Shown here: positions 45,384 to 57,289 of the stretch, piece by piece | Numbering within the stretch: position 1 is the stretch's first letter | Layout of the letters: each line of letters starts with the position of its first letter | Assembly (NCBI GenBank): GCA_963827655.1 | Contig: CAWHCF010000035.1 | Location: 1 to 64,000, forward strand | DNA length: 64,000 nucleotides | Direction of reading: 5' to 3' | Source: an uncultured Acidobacteriota bacterium | GTDB taxonomy: Bacteria > Acidobacteriota > UBA6911 | Translations under genes and position numbers: made by a program | Notes under the pieces: model-generated | What the model was told of the DNA's origin: nothing | The model's input: the letters and a program-made list of their open reading frames with translations, nothing else | The model's database searches: none

Positions 45384-47029
45384 CGCAATCCTTGTCCTTC
45401 CCGTAACGTGTAATACCGGTCACCGGCGACGTTTTCGAAACGGTCCACACGCTTGCTCGGCGCCGGCCAGCGAACCTCGACCCAGTCGGCCTTACTCTCG
45501 CGGCCCAGTCCCAGGACCAGACGAGGATCGTTTGAAGATAGATAGCTCCCGCCTGCATTCTTCAAGTAAGTCCGCCTCGTGCCTCCCGTGGACCAGGCGA
45601 TGCTCGCGCCAACGGCATCGCGGTTCGCGGTCTCGCCGATCAGCCTCAGGCCCAGCCAGTGATTTCCGCTCTCTCCGGTGTTGTAGAGAATCAGCGGCGG
45701 TTCCCCATTGTTCGCAACCACCACGTCCTGGCGTCCGTCATTGTTCAAATCTCCAACGGCCAGGCCGCGGCCGGGATAGTGTTTGCCAAAGACTTCGCCT
45801 GCGCGCTCGCCAAGGTTGTGAAAACGACCGGCGCCGTTCACGAACAGGAGCAGAGGTTCTTTGTGAGTCAGGGTGGTGGAGATCTGCTCGATCAGATCGT
45901 CCGGGTGGCCATTGGTGACAATCAGATCCTGGTCTCCATCATGATCGAAGTCAAAGAACTTTACCCCCCAGCCGCTGTACATGTGGGTTGCCATTCCAAT
46001 CCCGGTCGGTCCCGCTTCATCGCTGAACACCCTGTTTCCCAGATTGCGATAGATCGAAAACTTCTCCCGGTTGAAATTGCAAACGAAAAGATCCTGCCGT
46101 CCGTCGTCATCGTAATCGGCCGCGTCCACTCCCATTCCAGATCTTGCTGCGCCGTCCGAGTTGTAGGCGACCTCTGCCGGAATCCCGATTTCGTCGAAGC
46201 GGCCCTGCCCGCGGTTCCAGAACAGAAAGTTTGCCACCGAATCGTTAGCCACGAAGAGGTCGAGCCGGCCATCAAGATCGATATCGGTAGCGACTGCGCC
46301 GAAGGCCTTTCCCAGGTGCTTGCCGATGCCCGATGCGGCGCTCACGTCCTCGAAGCCATTCCCGTTGTTGTGAAACAGGCGGCTGGCCCAGGGCTCGTAA
46401 GCTAGCGGATAGCAGTAGTGCCGGGTTCCCCCCTCCAGACATTTCTTTTCCAGATTCTTGTTGTACCGGACGAAATGCCCCACGTAGAGGTCAAGCTTGC
46501 CGTCTCCATCGTAGTCGAACCACACCGCCGCGGTGTTGAGGCCAGGCGCCTCCAGGCCGGACTTTGAAGCGACGTCGGAGAAAGTGGCGTCCCCGTTATT
46601 ACGGTAGAGAGTATTGCTGCCGTAGTTGGTCAGGTAGAGGTCGGTCCACCCATCGCCGTCGAAATCGGCGGCGAAAACCCCGATACCGAATTTCCCGCCC
46701 GCCACGCCAGCCGGTTCGGTTACGTCGGAGAAAGTACCGTCCTTGTTGTTTCGATAGAGCGCGTTCCTGAGAGGCCTTGAAGGAGTGTAGAAATCACACG
46801 GACCGCTGTTGACGAAGTAGAGATCCATCCAGCCATCATTGTTGAAGTCGAAAATCGCGGCGCCTGGGCCCATGGATTCGGGAAGGTAGCGTTCGGGCGA
46901 GAGTGCGTTATCGTGGGTCCACCGGATGCCGCTCTTGTCGGCCGGCACCGCCTCAAACCGAGGCGAAGAAGTGGTCGCGTCCCAAGTCAGGATCGTAAGA
47001 GTTGTGAGCAGAATTCCGGCCTTGATCAT
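45380..47029 (-). CDS. CRTAC1/ASPIC-UnbV family FG-GAP repeat protein
   Basis: DFNNDGWMDLY, DFDGDGWTDLY, GRGLAVGDLNNDG, GGSYLSS, VEVRWP. Confidence 0.93.
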   Translation of the reverse strand: MIKAGILLTTLTILTWDATTSSPRFEAVPADKSGIRWTHDNALSPERYLPESMGPGAAIFDFNNDGWMDLYFVNSGPCDFYTPSRPLRNALYRNNKDGTFSDVTEPAGVAGGKFGIGVFAADFDGDGWTDLYLTNYGSNTLYRNNGDATFSDVASKSGLEAPGLNTAAVWFDYDGDGKLDLYVGHFVRYNKNLEKKCLEGGTRHYCYPLAYEPWASRLFHNNGNGFEDVSAASGIGKHLGKAFGAVATDIDLDGRLDLFVANDSVANFLFWNRGQGRFDEIGIPAEVAYNSDGAARSGMGVDAADYDDDGRQDLFVCNFNREKFSIYRNLGNRVFSDEAGPTGIGMATHMYSGWGVKFFDFDHDGDQDLIVTNGHPDDLIEQISTTLTHKEPLLLFVNGAGRFHNLGERAGEVFGKHYPGRGLAVGDLNNDGRQDVVVANNGEPPLILYNTGESGNHWLGLRLIGETANRDAVGASIAWSTGGTRRTYLKNAGGSYLSSNDPRLVLGLGRESKADWVEVRWPAPSKRVDRFENVAGDRYYTLREGQGLR

Positions 47030-47072
47030 GAAGGCACTTTAGCGTGACGTCTTCTCGCTGAGTCCCGGCCGT

Positions 47073-50000
47073 CTAGAATCGAAAGCGGAGCGCGATCTGG
47101 CCGCTTCTGGGCAGACTTCTGGTGTTGCTGCCGTCGACGCGACCGAAACCTCCTTGAGGCACGCCGGCGGCATTGCGCCGCTGGGTCGCCAGCGCATTGC
47201 CCGATTCGGGATTATTCAGCGCCACCCGGTTGAAGACGTTGAAGAACTCCAGCCGGATCTCCAGGCTGTAAGATTCGCCGAATCGCGTCACCTTGCCGAA
47301 ACTCATATCTTCACTGGTCAAACGCGAGGTTCGATAGTCGGTCTGGTAGACGTTCGTGCTGCCGAAAGTTCCTGGGGCCGGGTCGGCCCAGGCGGCCGGG
47401 TTCAGCACGAAGTCCTGGTTCGGATCGATGCAGCCGCAGTTGAGATCCTTCAGGAACAGGGGCTGCCCGGGTACTCGGTTGGCAAAAGTGCTCCGGAACA
47501 GGAGCGAGCCCAGATTGTTCTGGGCCGTGGGAACCTGAATCGGCTCGCCGCTGGAATAGCGGAAGATGCCGCTGACGTTCCATCCGTCAAGCAGCGCGCG
47601 GGCGAAGGAGTTCGTTCGGGCCAGCCCGAATCCTGGCACTTCGTAGCGGAAGGCGCTCACGAAGATGTGCGGCTGGTCGTTGGGAGAGAGCGTCTTGAAG
47701 GACCTGGAGTCGAACAGATTATTCACCGGGACCGTGGCTCCTCCCTGTTCGCTCACGGTTGCCAGATTCTTCGACCAGGTATAGGAGAGGACGAAGTCGA
47801 GGCCGTAGGACAGGCGTTTGGTGGCCTTGACCTGGAGCGAGTCATACCAGGTATTCCCCAGCGGAGACAGGTCTATGCCCACGGAGCCGAATTGCGGGAA
47901 AGGGCGCAGACTCTGGGCGACCGTGGAGCTGAGAGGAAAGCCCGAATAAGGAGCCGCGAAACCGCGGGCCTGAGCTTGGGGCGAATCAAGCCGTGACGTT
48001 AGCAGGGCGCGGTCGTCCGCGTTCAGGATATTGAGGCCGCGAGTAGCAATGCGCTCGGGTGGAAGAGCATTGAGATCCACGAGGCCGACGGCTTCGTACC
48101 AGACGCCGCGGTTGCCGACGTAAGCCATCTCCAGCACCAGGTCCCTGGAGAGTTCACGCTGGATGTTCAGAACCCAGTTGTTGATCCTGAGGGGGCCTTC
48201 CTCCATTCCGGTCAATGTGGGCAGGGGGATTGTTAAGCTGTCCGGGAGAGGGGCGGATTCCTGCGTTGATGTTCTGGGCATAAAGATCCGCCGGGTTGTA
48301 AACCAGGCCATCGCGGAACCGGAGAGCCGATTCGCCAAAGGCCGGGTTACTGAAGGGTATCGTGTTGAAGCCGAATCCGAGGGAGTTGCCGGCCCCTATG
48401 TAGTTGAATCCCCCGAGTGCGCCGTACGTGACGCCCCAGCCCCCGCGGATCACGGTCTTGGTGTTGAAGGCATAGGCAAACCCGAAGCGCGGTCCGAACG
48501 CCCAGGGATAGGTTTTGGTCAGATCGCAGTCGCAGCGCCCTGGCCCTTCGCCGGCGAAGAGCGTCGCGCCGGGAAGATTGCCTGCGGCGGGATTGGGAAG
48601 GTCGGGCGCAAACATCGACGTCCGGTAGTGAAGTTCGTGCAAGGCATTCTGAACATCGTAACGAAGCCCAAGCTCCAGGGTAAGCTTGGGTGTGACCTTC
48701 CAGCTGTCCTGGACGAACGCGGCCCAGGACGAACGACGAAATCCAACCGACGTGGGATTGTTGATGCTCGCATTGTTGGTCAGGCCGAGCAGAAAGGACG
48801 CGTAGCTATGCCCGATCGTGCCCCCGCCGAGGTTCTGTCCCTCGGTGGAAGGTTGCCCGGTCTGGGCAGGCGCGAAATTATAGGTTCCGGTGGCGCCGTT
48901 GTTGGCGAGATTGTTGAAGGTGTCGATGCGGTACTCGCCGCCGAACTTGAAGGTGTGATTCTTTCGCACCCAGGAGAAGGTCTCAACTACCGTGGGCTTG
49001 TCTTGAGTGTAAAGCTGGTAGTTCGTCGGTCCGAGATTGTCGCTGGCAACCGGGGCGTTAAAGGTAATGCGTGGAAAACCCCCAACCACCGCGCCTCTCA
49101 ATCCCAGTTCGCTGGCCGAATCGTAATCGGTGATCGGGGTCGTATCCGGGTTGTAGTATCGCTGATAGCCGATTCCGAAGTGGTTAATCATCGTGGGGGT
49201 TAAGAAATAGTCGTGATTCACCCGGATCGTCTTGCTGGTAATCGGCTGGTCGCGCCGCTGAGAGATCGGGTCGGGCAATCCGTCCTGGCCGTTGTCTTTG
49301 CGCGTGCGCTGCATGCCGAAGTAAAAGGCGATCTTGGAGTTCGTGCTGAAGCTGTGGTCGACCTTCCACGTGGGGATCTGCTCGATCCTGCGGTACTGGA
49401 ACCGTCTTTCGAAATTGTTGTTCAGTCGGTCTGCATACTGGGGGTCGGGAGGCGGCATCATGCTTTGAATATTCGCCGCGATCGGATCGAAGCGGCTGGT
49501 CGGTATGATGTTGTTGGGAAAGGGATCGCGCACCACCCGTCCATTCACCACACGGCCGGTCGTCGGGTCGAAGAGGGAGCCCTCCAGGATGTCGCGACCG
49601 AGCGGGTCCTGCGCGAGGACGCGCCCGGTCAGAAGGTTGCTGAAATCGCCGTTGCGGTAGGCCGCGTTGGGCAAATTTCCAAAGCCTCCGAAGCGCTCCT
49701 CACGCTGGTGGTAAACCTCGAGATTGAAAAAGAAGAAGGTGCGATTGCTTCCGTCGTAGATCTTCGGGATTTTGACCGGACCGCCGAAGGTTCCGCCGAA
49801 ATCGTGCTGCCGGATGCGGGTCTTGGTTTTTTCCCCATCCGGCCCGATCGGAGCGAACGCCGGCGCCGCATTCAGTGCCTCGTTGTTTATGTATTCGTAG
49901 ACCGTGCCGTGGAAACCATTGCTTCCCGAACGCGCGCTGAAATTGACCAGGCCGCCGCCCACCTGGCCGAACTCGGCCGCGAAGTTGGTACTCTGGAGCG

Positions 50001-50643
50001 TGAACTCCTCAACGCCGTCGATCGAAGGCTGCGACTCGTTAAAGAGACGAGGATTGAGCGCGCTGGTCGCGTCCTGACCTTCGAAGATGACGCGAAACGT
50101 TCCTCGAGGGCTGCCGTTCACGCGGATATCATTCCACGCGCCGACGCTTGTTCCCGGGGCCAGCTGAAGAAACACCAGCGGGTTCCGCACGCCGTTGTTG
50201 GCAAAATTCAAGGGAAGCTGGTTGACCTTGTCGCCGCTCAAGACCGTGCTCTGTTCAGCAGACTCAGTTCTCAATAACGGCGCATCGGCGCTCACGGTGA
50301 CCAGATTGTCCGCCGCGCCGACCTCCAGTACCACGTCAAGGCGGGCGGTCTGGGCCACCTGCACGGTGATGCCGGTCTGGACAAATTTCCGGAAGCCCGG
50401 CTGTTCGACCGTCAGGCTATAAGCTCCCGGCGGGATGGCGGGAATGGTGTAGTGGCCGGTTTCGGTCGTCACGGTTCGGAGCTCCTGGTTGGTGGCCAGG
50501 TTCGTGGCCACGACCGAGACGCCGGGTACGATGCCTCCTCCCTGGTCGGTAACGGTCCCGGTAATCGCTCCACGATCGCTTTGCGCCAGCGCGGGAATCA
50601 AACCGAAAAGAACGAATAGCAGCAGTGCCAGACCCTTTCTCAT
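47073..50643 (-). CDS. TonB-dependent receptor (Oar-like), frameshift near 48195
   Basis: Signal peptide, GAITGTVTD, RSGSNGFHG, FVQDSWKVTPKLTLELGLRYD, C-terminal QIALRFRF. Confidence 0.93.
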
Positions 50644-51051
50644 ACCGTTCTCCTTTGCCAGGCCGGATTAGCTTAAGCTTCGGGCAGAAGGTCTAAGTAA
50701 AACTTTGGAAGACCGTTGTGCGCGCGTTGAATCGATGACCGGGGCCCTCAGCCAGCCGACGGCTGCAGTTGCTCGCATGGATTCTCGAATCGAATGGGCC
50801 GAGGATATGCTTTTCCGCACCCACTTTCAATGAAGTATTTGCGTTGCGTCGTGGATCCGGATAAGAAGAGCGGCCCGAAGGCTGGGCATGGCATATCTTT
50901 AAGAAATTTGCGGTTGGTATCTAATCGCGTATTTTGCCGTGGTAGTTGTTTCTGGTGCCCTAACCACGAAGACTTGACGGAAGACGGCCGAGAAGGCGCT
51001 GACGATTGACTTGAGCTCATTCCGAAACCGAAGCCGCGCGGCCACGTCATC

Positions 51052-51252
51052 GTGAAGAACAAGCGTGTAAACATCCGACTTTCGGCAGCCGACCTGATGG
51101 ATCTTCAAGCTCGCGCTTATGAGGAAGGAGTTCCTTATCAGACTCTGATCGCGAGCGTGCTGCATAAGTACGTTTCGGGACGTTTGCGCGAGACGAAGTC
51201 ACGGCTAACACTCGCTCCAGGGATTGAGGTGAACCGGGTCCAGAGTGCCTAG
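51052..51252 (+). pseudogene. CopG/RHH antitoxin, C-terminal part; no toxin seen
   Basis: KNKRVNIRLSAADL...AYEEGVPYQTLIASVLHKYVSGRL. Confidence 0.7.
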
Positions 51253-51666
51253 CTATGACCGGGGTCCAAGGTTTTATCCAGGACGCTCCGTCCAACCACG
51301 GTCCATGAGGGCGCTCGACATATCGGCGAGCTGCAGGCCTGGGACCTGGATCGAGGAGAGAAAGTCTGGAACTCAGACTTTCACGACGCATGTTCCGCCC
51401 GCAATTGTGGGCCGCGCCCTGAGGCGCCGGGTCGACGGAGGGTTCAAGAAACGCCCGATCCTCGATCGTGGGGTGCTTCCGCTGTCAATTGCTGCTGTTA
51501 TTCTTGATGCAGATCGTCTTGAGCTGAAAAGGATCAATGCCTGCTGCTGCCGAAGTTTGTTTCCATTCCGAGGCGTGTCCTGAATTTTTACAAATTAGAC
51601 TCCCGGCAGTTCTTTGATTTCAACAGGACGAAGACTGTGGCGCTTGATTATTGGTGACGGACAGGG

Positions 51667-52752
51667 TCAGAACCGATGCGTGACGGCGGCGATGATCAGG
51701 AAATTTGCAAACGCTCCGGCACCGTGGCCACCAAATTGATGATCGTATACATTGCGAGTCCGGTTTTGATAGACCGCTATAGGAGCGAAGATGCTGTACG
51801 TATAGGCGCCACGCGAGACCGCCATGCCTGGCTCGATGTAGACGGCCATGCCTGGCCGCCGAAACCCGTCGCTGCCGCCGAACACGTCGCCGCTCGGGAT
51901 TCCGTCGATCCTGCCGCCGAAACTGGCCGAGATGCCCTTCTGCGGCGAAAGCGCAAAGTTCAACCCTACGCGGCCCATGTACTGGTCGGGAACGGACAAG
52001 TTGCGGTACTCGCCGTAGACAGGAAGGGTCGTCACCGCGCCGTTTTTCTCGCGCGGATTGAACAGATAGAAGCCGGAACCATAGGCGAAGACGTTTGTGA
52101 AGAGCTTCTGGTAGGCCACCGTCTCCACGACCATGCCCCAGCCACCGTCGCCGGGTTGGACCGCGATGTCGACCGGTATCCGTACCTGCCCAGTGGGACG
52201 ATAAGCGATATCGTGCGCCCTTGAACGTCCGGTCGGCGCTTTCATACCAAAGCTCACGGAAATGTTCCCATCCATGTGCTTGTCCGGATCGAACAGCCAG
52301 GCGTTTCCGAGCAACCTGGCATCGCCCAGACCGGAGGCGCTCATCGTGTGCCGATGGATGCCATCATTTTCGTGATCTCGGAAACTGGAGACACCTCCAC
52401 TAACGAACGGCACAGTAAGGGTCATGCTGTACCGGCTGGTGAAAGCGTACGTGGTCTGGAGGTCGACCGAATGAATGTTGATCCTGGCGCCGATCGTCCT
52501 TGCATACGCCGGATCGAAGCGGTCACCCACGTATCCGTCTTCGGCATGCAGAAACCGATAGGCCGCAGTCGTCTGCCACCGGCCCCCTTCAAGGTGGTCA
52601 ACACCTTCGGCGCTCAGACTGAGCGTCATGAATCGGGCCGGCACTCAGCCCTGCCCGGAGGCCTCAGGGGGCGAAACAAGCAGGAGACCCAGCACCAACA
52701 TGAGGACGTGCAGGACACCGTTAAGTCGTAAAGCGTATCGGGAATCGCGCAT
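51667..52752 (-). CDS. Outer-membrane beta-barrel (transporter-like) protein with an in-frame TGA at codon 36; candidate selenoprotein
   Basis: GGAAGG RBS, ATG 52752, 35 codons ending ASGQG, TGA 52647-52645, then 325 aa in frame with GLGD, KAPTG, QPGDG, GFRRPG and a terminal F. Confidence 0.8.
52611..52625 (-). promoter_or_regulatory. Putative bacterial SECIS hairpin
   Basis: mRNA CGCUCA-GUC-UGAGCG; the loop G is at position +26 after the UGA. Confidence 0.6.
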
Positions 52753-53234
52753 TGGCTACCTTCCCTGGAGTGAGGTCGATTGGCTCACGTTACTATCAGT
52801 CATGCAAGCGATCAATTGAAATGTCCGGCGCCGTTCGGCAGCCGAAGCTAGCTGGGGATCCTCTGTGAGAAGATTTCCTCGTCGCCGTTAGGGGGATGAT
52901 CGGCCACAGGGCGCTGCCTTTCGCGCTGCGCGGCTTCAACGCGAATCCGATATGCCTGGCGCTGTCGCCTCGACACCGGCTCCGCCTGGGGAAAAAAACA
53001 TGTCTAATTGAGGTGTCCATCTATTAATAACGAAACGGGGATCCAAAAACTGTAACGTCCTCGAAAAAATCTCTCTTCGACCAGGCTGAGTGAATCAGGT
53101 GTAAACCACACTTGATCGTGGCGGGAGTCCTTTCGATTCGGCTGTTCCCGGGTGGCACGAAGGAGGCCGCAATCCGCCGCCGGCCCGAATGGCGCGAGTC
53201 AGACCCGCGCCTGGAGATTGGTCATTTCGCGGGT

Positions 53235-53290
53235 GCGGCAGCAAGCTTACGCACTCCAAAGCATGCCCTGGAGTTCGTGGCTTACTACCG
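53235..53290. repeat. Degenerate REP-like inverted repeat
   Basis: gcggcagcaagcttacgcactcca and tggagttcgtggcttactaccg. Confidence 0.5.
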
Positions 53291-53494
53291 GCCTTAGATC
53301 GGGACGAAGCAAACGCAAACCCTGAGCGCACAAGGCGCGACACTTGCGTGTAAGGTAGAGCCGGGAGATCCGCCTGACCGGTTAAGAGTGAGGGGGAGCC
53401 GAACTCAATTACCCTATCAAGGGCCCGGTGACGGTGCCGGGTCAGATTCAAGGTGATATAATAGGCGGCACGCCAAAAGGGAAAATGATCTGGA

Positions 53495-54064
53495 ATGACG
53501 ACACCAGCGCCGCATGAAGTAACACGATTACTTCTCGCCTGGAGCAAAGGAGATCAAGCCGCTCGCGACCAGCTGATGCCCCTGGTTTATGAGGAACTAC
53601 GGCGGATCGCTAAGCGCCATATGGACCGTCAGAAACCTGACCATACGCTGCAGACCACGGCCCTTATCCATGAGGCATACCTGCGATTGGTAGATCAGAA
53701 AGAAGCGCGCTGGCAAAATCGCGCTCATTTCTTCGCAGTAGCTGCTCAGGCAATGCGGCAGATCCTGGTTGACTACGCGCGAACCCGTCACGCAGCCAAG
53801 CGTGGAGGTGAAGCATCCGCGGTCTCGCTTGACGAAGCGGCGGTCGTCTCAAGACAAAGGTCTGGGGAGCTAGTGGCGCTCGATGACGCGCTACAGAGTC
53901 TGGCGGCCTTTGACCGGAGAAAAAGTCAGGTCGTGGAGCTTAGATACTTTGGCGGGTTGAGCGTAGAGGAGACGGCCAAGGTTTTGAAAGTCTCGTCTGA
54001 GACTGTGCTGCGCGACTGGCGTTTGGCCAAGACCTGGCTGCTACGCGAACTCTCAACGCAGTGA
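53495..54064 (+). CDS. ECF sigma factor, kinase-associated (TIGR02999-like)
   Basis: VTRLLLAWSKGD, VYEELRRIA, HTLQTTALIHEAYLRL, VELRYFGGLS, RDWRLAKTWL. Confidence 0.93.
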   Translation: MTTPAPHEVTRLLLAWSKGDQAARDQLMPLVYEELRRIAKRHMDRQKPDHTLQTTALIHEAYLRLVDQKEARWQNRAHFFAVAAQAMRQILVDYARTRHAAKRGGEASAVSLDEAAVVSRQRSGELVALDDALQSLAAFDRRKSQVVELRYFGGLSVEETAKVLKVSSETVLRDWRLAKTWLLRELSTQ

Positions 54065-54198
54065 CGAGTGACGAGCGTCAAGTGGAGAGCCAATGATCTA
54101 CGGAACTTCTTCGCAAATCGCAAAGAAGTCACGGACAAAGAATCTATCCGCCTCATCCCCCTCGTCATCAATTGGGCGGACTTGAACCTGTAAGCAGG

Positions 54199-57161
54199 AT
54201 GAAGCCCGAACGGTGGCAACAAATCGAACAACTCTATCACGCCGCGTTGGAGCGAGCGCCCGACGCGCGCGCGGCCTTTCTGGACCAGGCCTCCGATGGT
54301 GACCAGGCCCTGAGGCAGGAGGTCGAGTCGCTGCTCGCTTATGATGAGCCAGCGCAGCGCTTCATCGAGAAGCTGCCGGATGAGTTGGCGGCAGAGTTCC
54401 TGGCCGAGGAACAGGCTCCCTCTTTGATCGGCAGCAGGTTCAATCACTACCAGATTCTTTCACGTTTGGGGCGAGGCGGGATGGGCGAGGTCTACCTCGC
54501 CACTGACACACGGCTTGACCGCAAGGTTGCAATCAAGCTTCTGCCGGCTGAGTTCATCTCTGATCCAGATCGCGTGGGGCGATTCAAACAGGAAGCACGA
54601 GCGGCGTCCGCCCTCAATCATCCGAACATTCTGACCATCTACGAGATCGGGCAAACCGATAGCCTCCACTTCATCGCCACTGAGTTCGTCGGCGGTGTGA
54701 CCCTGCGCGAGCGGATGACTAGCGCGACCATGAGCGTCGGGGAGACGCTCGCAGTGGCCATACAAGTCGCAAGCGCTTTGGCAGCGGCGCACGAAGCCGG
54801 GATCATACACCGCGACATCAAGCCCGAAAACGTCATGTTGCGGCCTGACGGGTTGGTCAAAGTCCTCGACTTTGGTGTGGCCAAGCTCACCGAGAGGCCC
54901 GCGGCCAGCTCAGCGTCAGAGGCCGATTCGCGAGCGCCGGCCACAGCCCCGCTGAGCACGCAACCAGGCGGGGTGATGGGGACGGTCAATTATATGTCGC
55001 CGGAACAGGCGTGCGGACAGAAGATTGATGCGCGCAGCGACATCTTCTCACTCGGCGTGATGCTGTATGAAATGCTCGCCGGGCACAGGCCGTTTGAAGG
55101 CGCAACGCTGAGTGATGTGGTTACGGCCTTGTTGACGAGCAATCCTGTTCCCCTGTCACAAGCCAGACCGGACGTGCCGCCGGAGCTGGAGCGCGTCGTC
55201 AGCAGATGCCTGGAGAAGGGTCCCGACGCACGATGCGGAAGCGCAGCGGAATTGGGTGTGGAGCTGCAGCGGCTGCAGCGGAAGGTAGTGGAGGAACCGG
55301 ATGAGGCGCTCGCCACGGAAGAGGGGACCGTGGACGAGAGACAGGCCCAACGGCTGAAGACCCCCAGGACGTCTCCGGTCCAAGCCCCGGAGAGATCTCG
55401 CTGGCGCCGCTGGGGAATCGTGGCAGGCGCTACGGCCGCCGCTCCTCCTGATCGGGCTGGTCATCTTGTGGCTCCGGGAAAGCGATTATTTCTGGCAGAA
55501 CCCGCTCGACGGCGCGAGGATCGAACGGCTGACCGATTTCGAGGGGGACGAGATGGACGCGGCGATCTCGCCGGACGGAAAGTTCATCACGTTTCTCTCC
55601 GACCGCGACGGGCAGTTTGATGCGTGGGTCAGCCAGATTGGCAGCGACGATTTCGTCAACATTACCAAGGGCCGGTTTCCCTCACTATTCCCTGGCACCC
55701 CTGATCCGCAGAGTTGGTTTCTCCGGCGAGGGGGCGAAAGTCTGGTTCACAGAAGGGAAGCGCGGCGGGGCCATATGCAACATGGCTGGCGACGGCCCTG
55801 GGCGGCGATCCTTATCCCTTTCTGGCCGGCGCGATGGAACCTGATTGGTCGCCCGATGGGAGCAAGATTGTCTACCACACTTTAGGCGGCGACCCGATCT
55901 TCATCGCCGACCGGACCGGAAGCAACCCCAGACGGGTTTTTGCCGAAAAGCCGGAAGGCCACTGCCACTATCTCACCTGGTCCCCGGACAGCCGCTTCAT
56001 TTACTTCGTGAGAGGCTCTCCGACCACCGATGAGATGGATATCTGGCGAATCCCGGTTGCCGCAAGCGGGATGCCCTCCCAACCCGAACGGATTACCTAC
56101 CACAACGCGCGGATCGTCTCCCCGGCCTGGCTCGATGCGCGCACTTTGATTTACTCGGCCACGGCCGAAGATGGCTCCGGACAGTGGTTGTACAGCCTGG
56201 ATGTGGAGCGCCGCATCCCGCACCGAGTGAGTTCCGGAATCACGGAACACTATCTATCGGTCGCGGTCAGCACCACGCGCCCGCGCCGGCTGATCGCCTC
56301 TGTTGCCATTCCCAGCGCCAGCCTGTGGACTGTCCCTGTGTCGGATCACATCCAGACAGAGGCGGCGGTCAGCCGCGTTCGCGGTTCCCAATACCCGTGC
56401 TCTCGCTCCACGCCTCGCTTCTGACTATCTCCTCTTCCTTTCCTCCAGGGGCGGTGGCGATGGGTTGTGGAAGCTGGAAAAGGATGCCGCCAGGGAATTG
56501 TGGAAAGGCAGCGAGGCAGGCGTAGTGGCCCCGCCGGCCATCTCGCCCGACGGCAGCCAGATCTGTTTTTCATACCGGAAGCAGGGCCAGACGCGCCTCT
56601 CCGTCATGAACGCCGATGGCACGAATATCCGGGCTTTAGCGGAATTCTTGGATGTGCGAGGCTCTGCTGCCTGGTCTCCGGATGGGAAGTGGATCACCGT
56701 CGCGGCTAACCAAAAAGAAGGCACGCGAGTGTTCAAGGTTCCGGTGGATGGTGGCCCTTCGGTTCGCTTGCTGGACACTCCTTCCTACAACCCGCTCTGG
56801 TCCCCAGACGGCCGCTTCATTATCTATTCCGAACCGCTGCAAGGGGGAACGTTCTTAGTGAAGGCCATTACGCCGGATAAGGTGCCGGTTCCCATGCCCG
56901 ATATCCGGGTCAACTTATACCATGGCCACTCCCTATCGCTTTGTGTCTGACGGTAAGGCACTCATATTCATTAAAGATGGGAATGTACGCTCACGGAATT
57001 TTTTCTGGCTGGACCTGGAAACCGGACAGGAGCGCCAGCTGACGGACTTGAAGCCGGGTTTCGTGATCCAGAGCTTTGATGTAGCGCCTGATGGCAAGCA
57101 GATCGTGTTCGACCGGCACCGAGAGAATTCCGATATCGTGATGATGGATCTGACGCGTTGA
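54199..57161 (+). CDS. Membrane Ser/Thr kinase with a PD40/TolB propeller (frameshifts near 55445, 55700, 56380 and 56915)
   Basis: MKPERWQQIEQLY, GRGGMGEVY, HRDIKPEN, DFG, YMSPEQ, repeated WSPDG. Confidence 0.9.
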
Positions 57162-57289
57162 GCCTTTGAACCAGCAACGCCGGCAGATAATCGACGAGTT
57201 TCAGGACGCGGCTCAGGAGCGCGAGCCCGACGCACGTGAGCCTTACCTTCACGAAGCCGGCGAGTGCTGAAGCTGCGAAGCGAAGTGGC

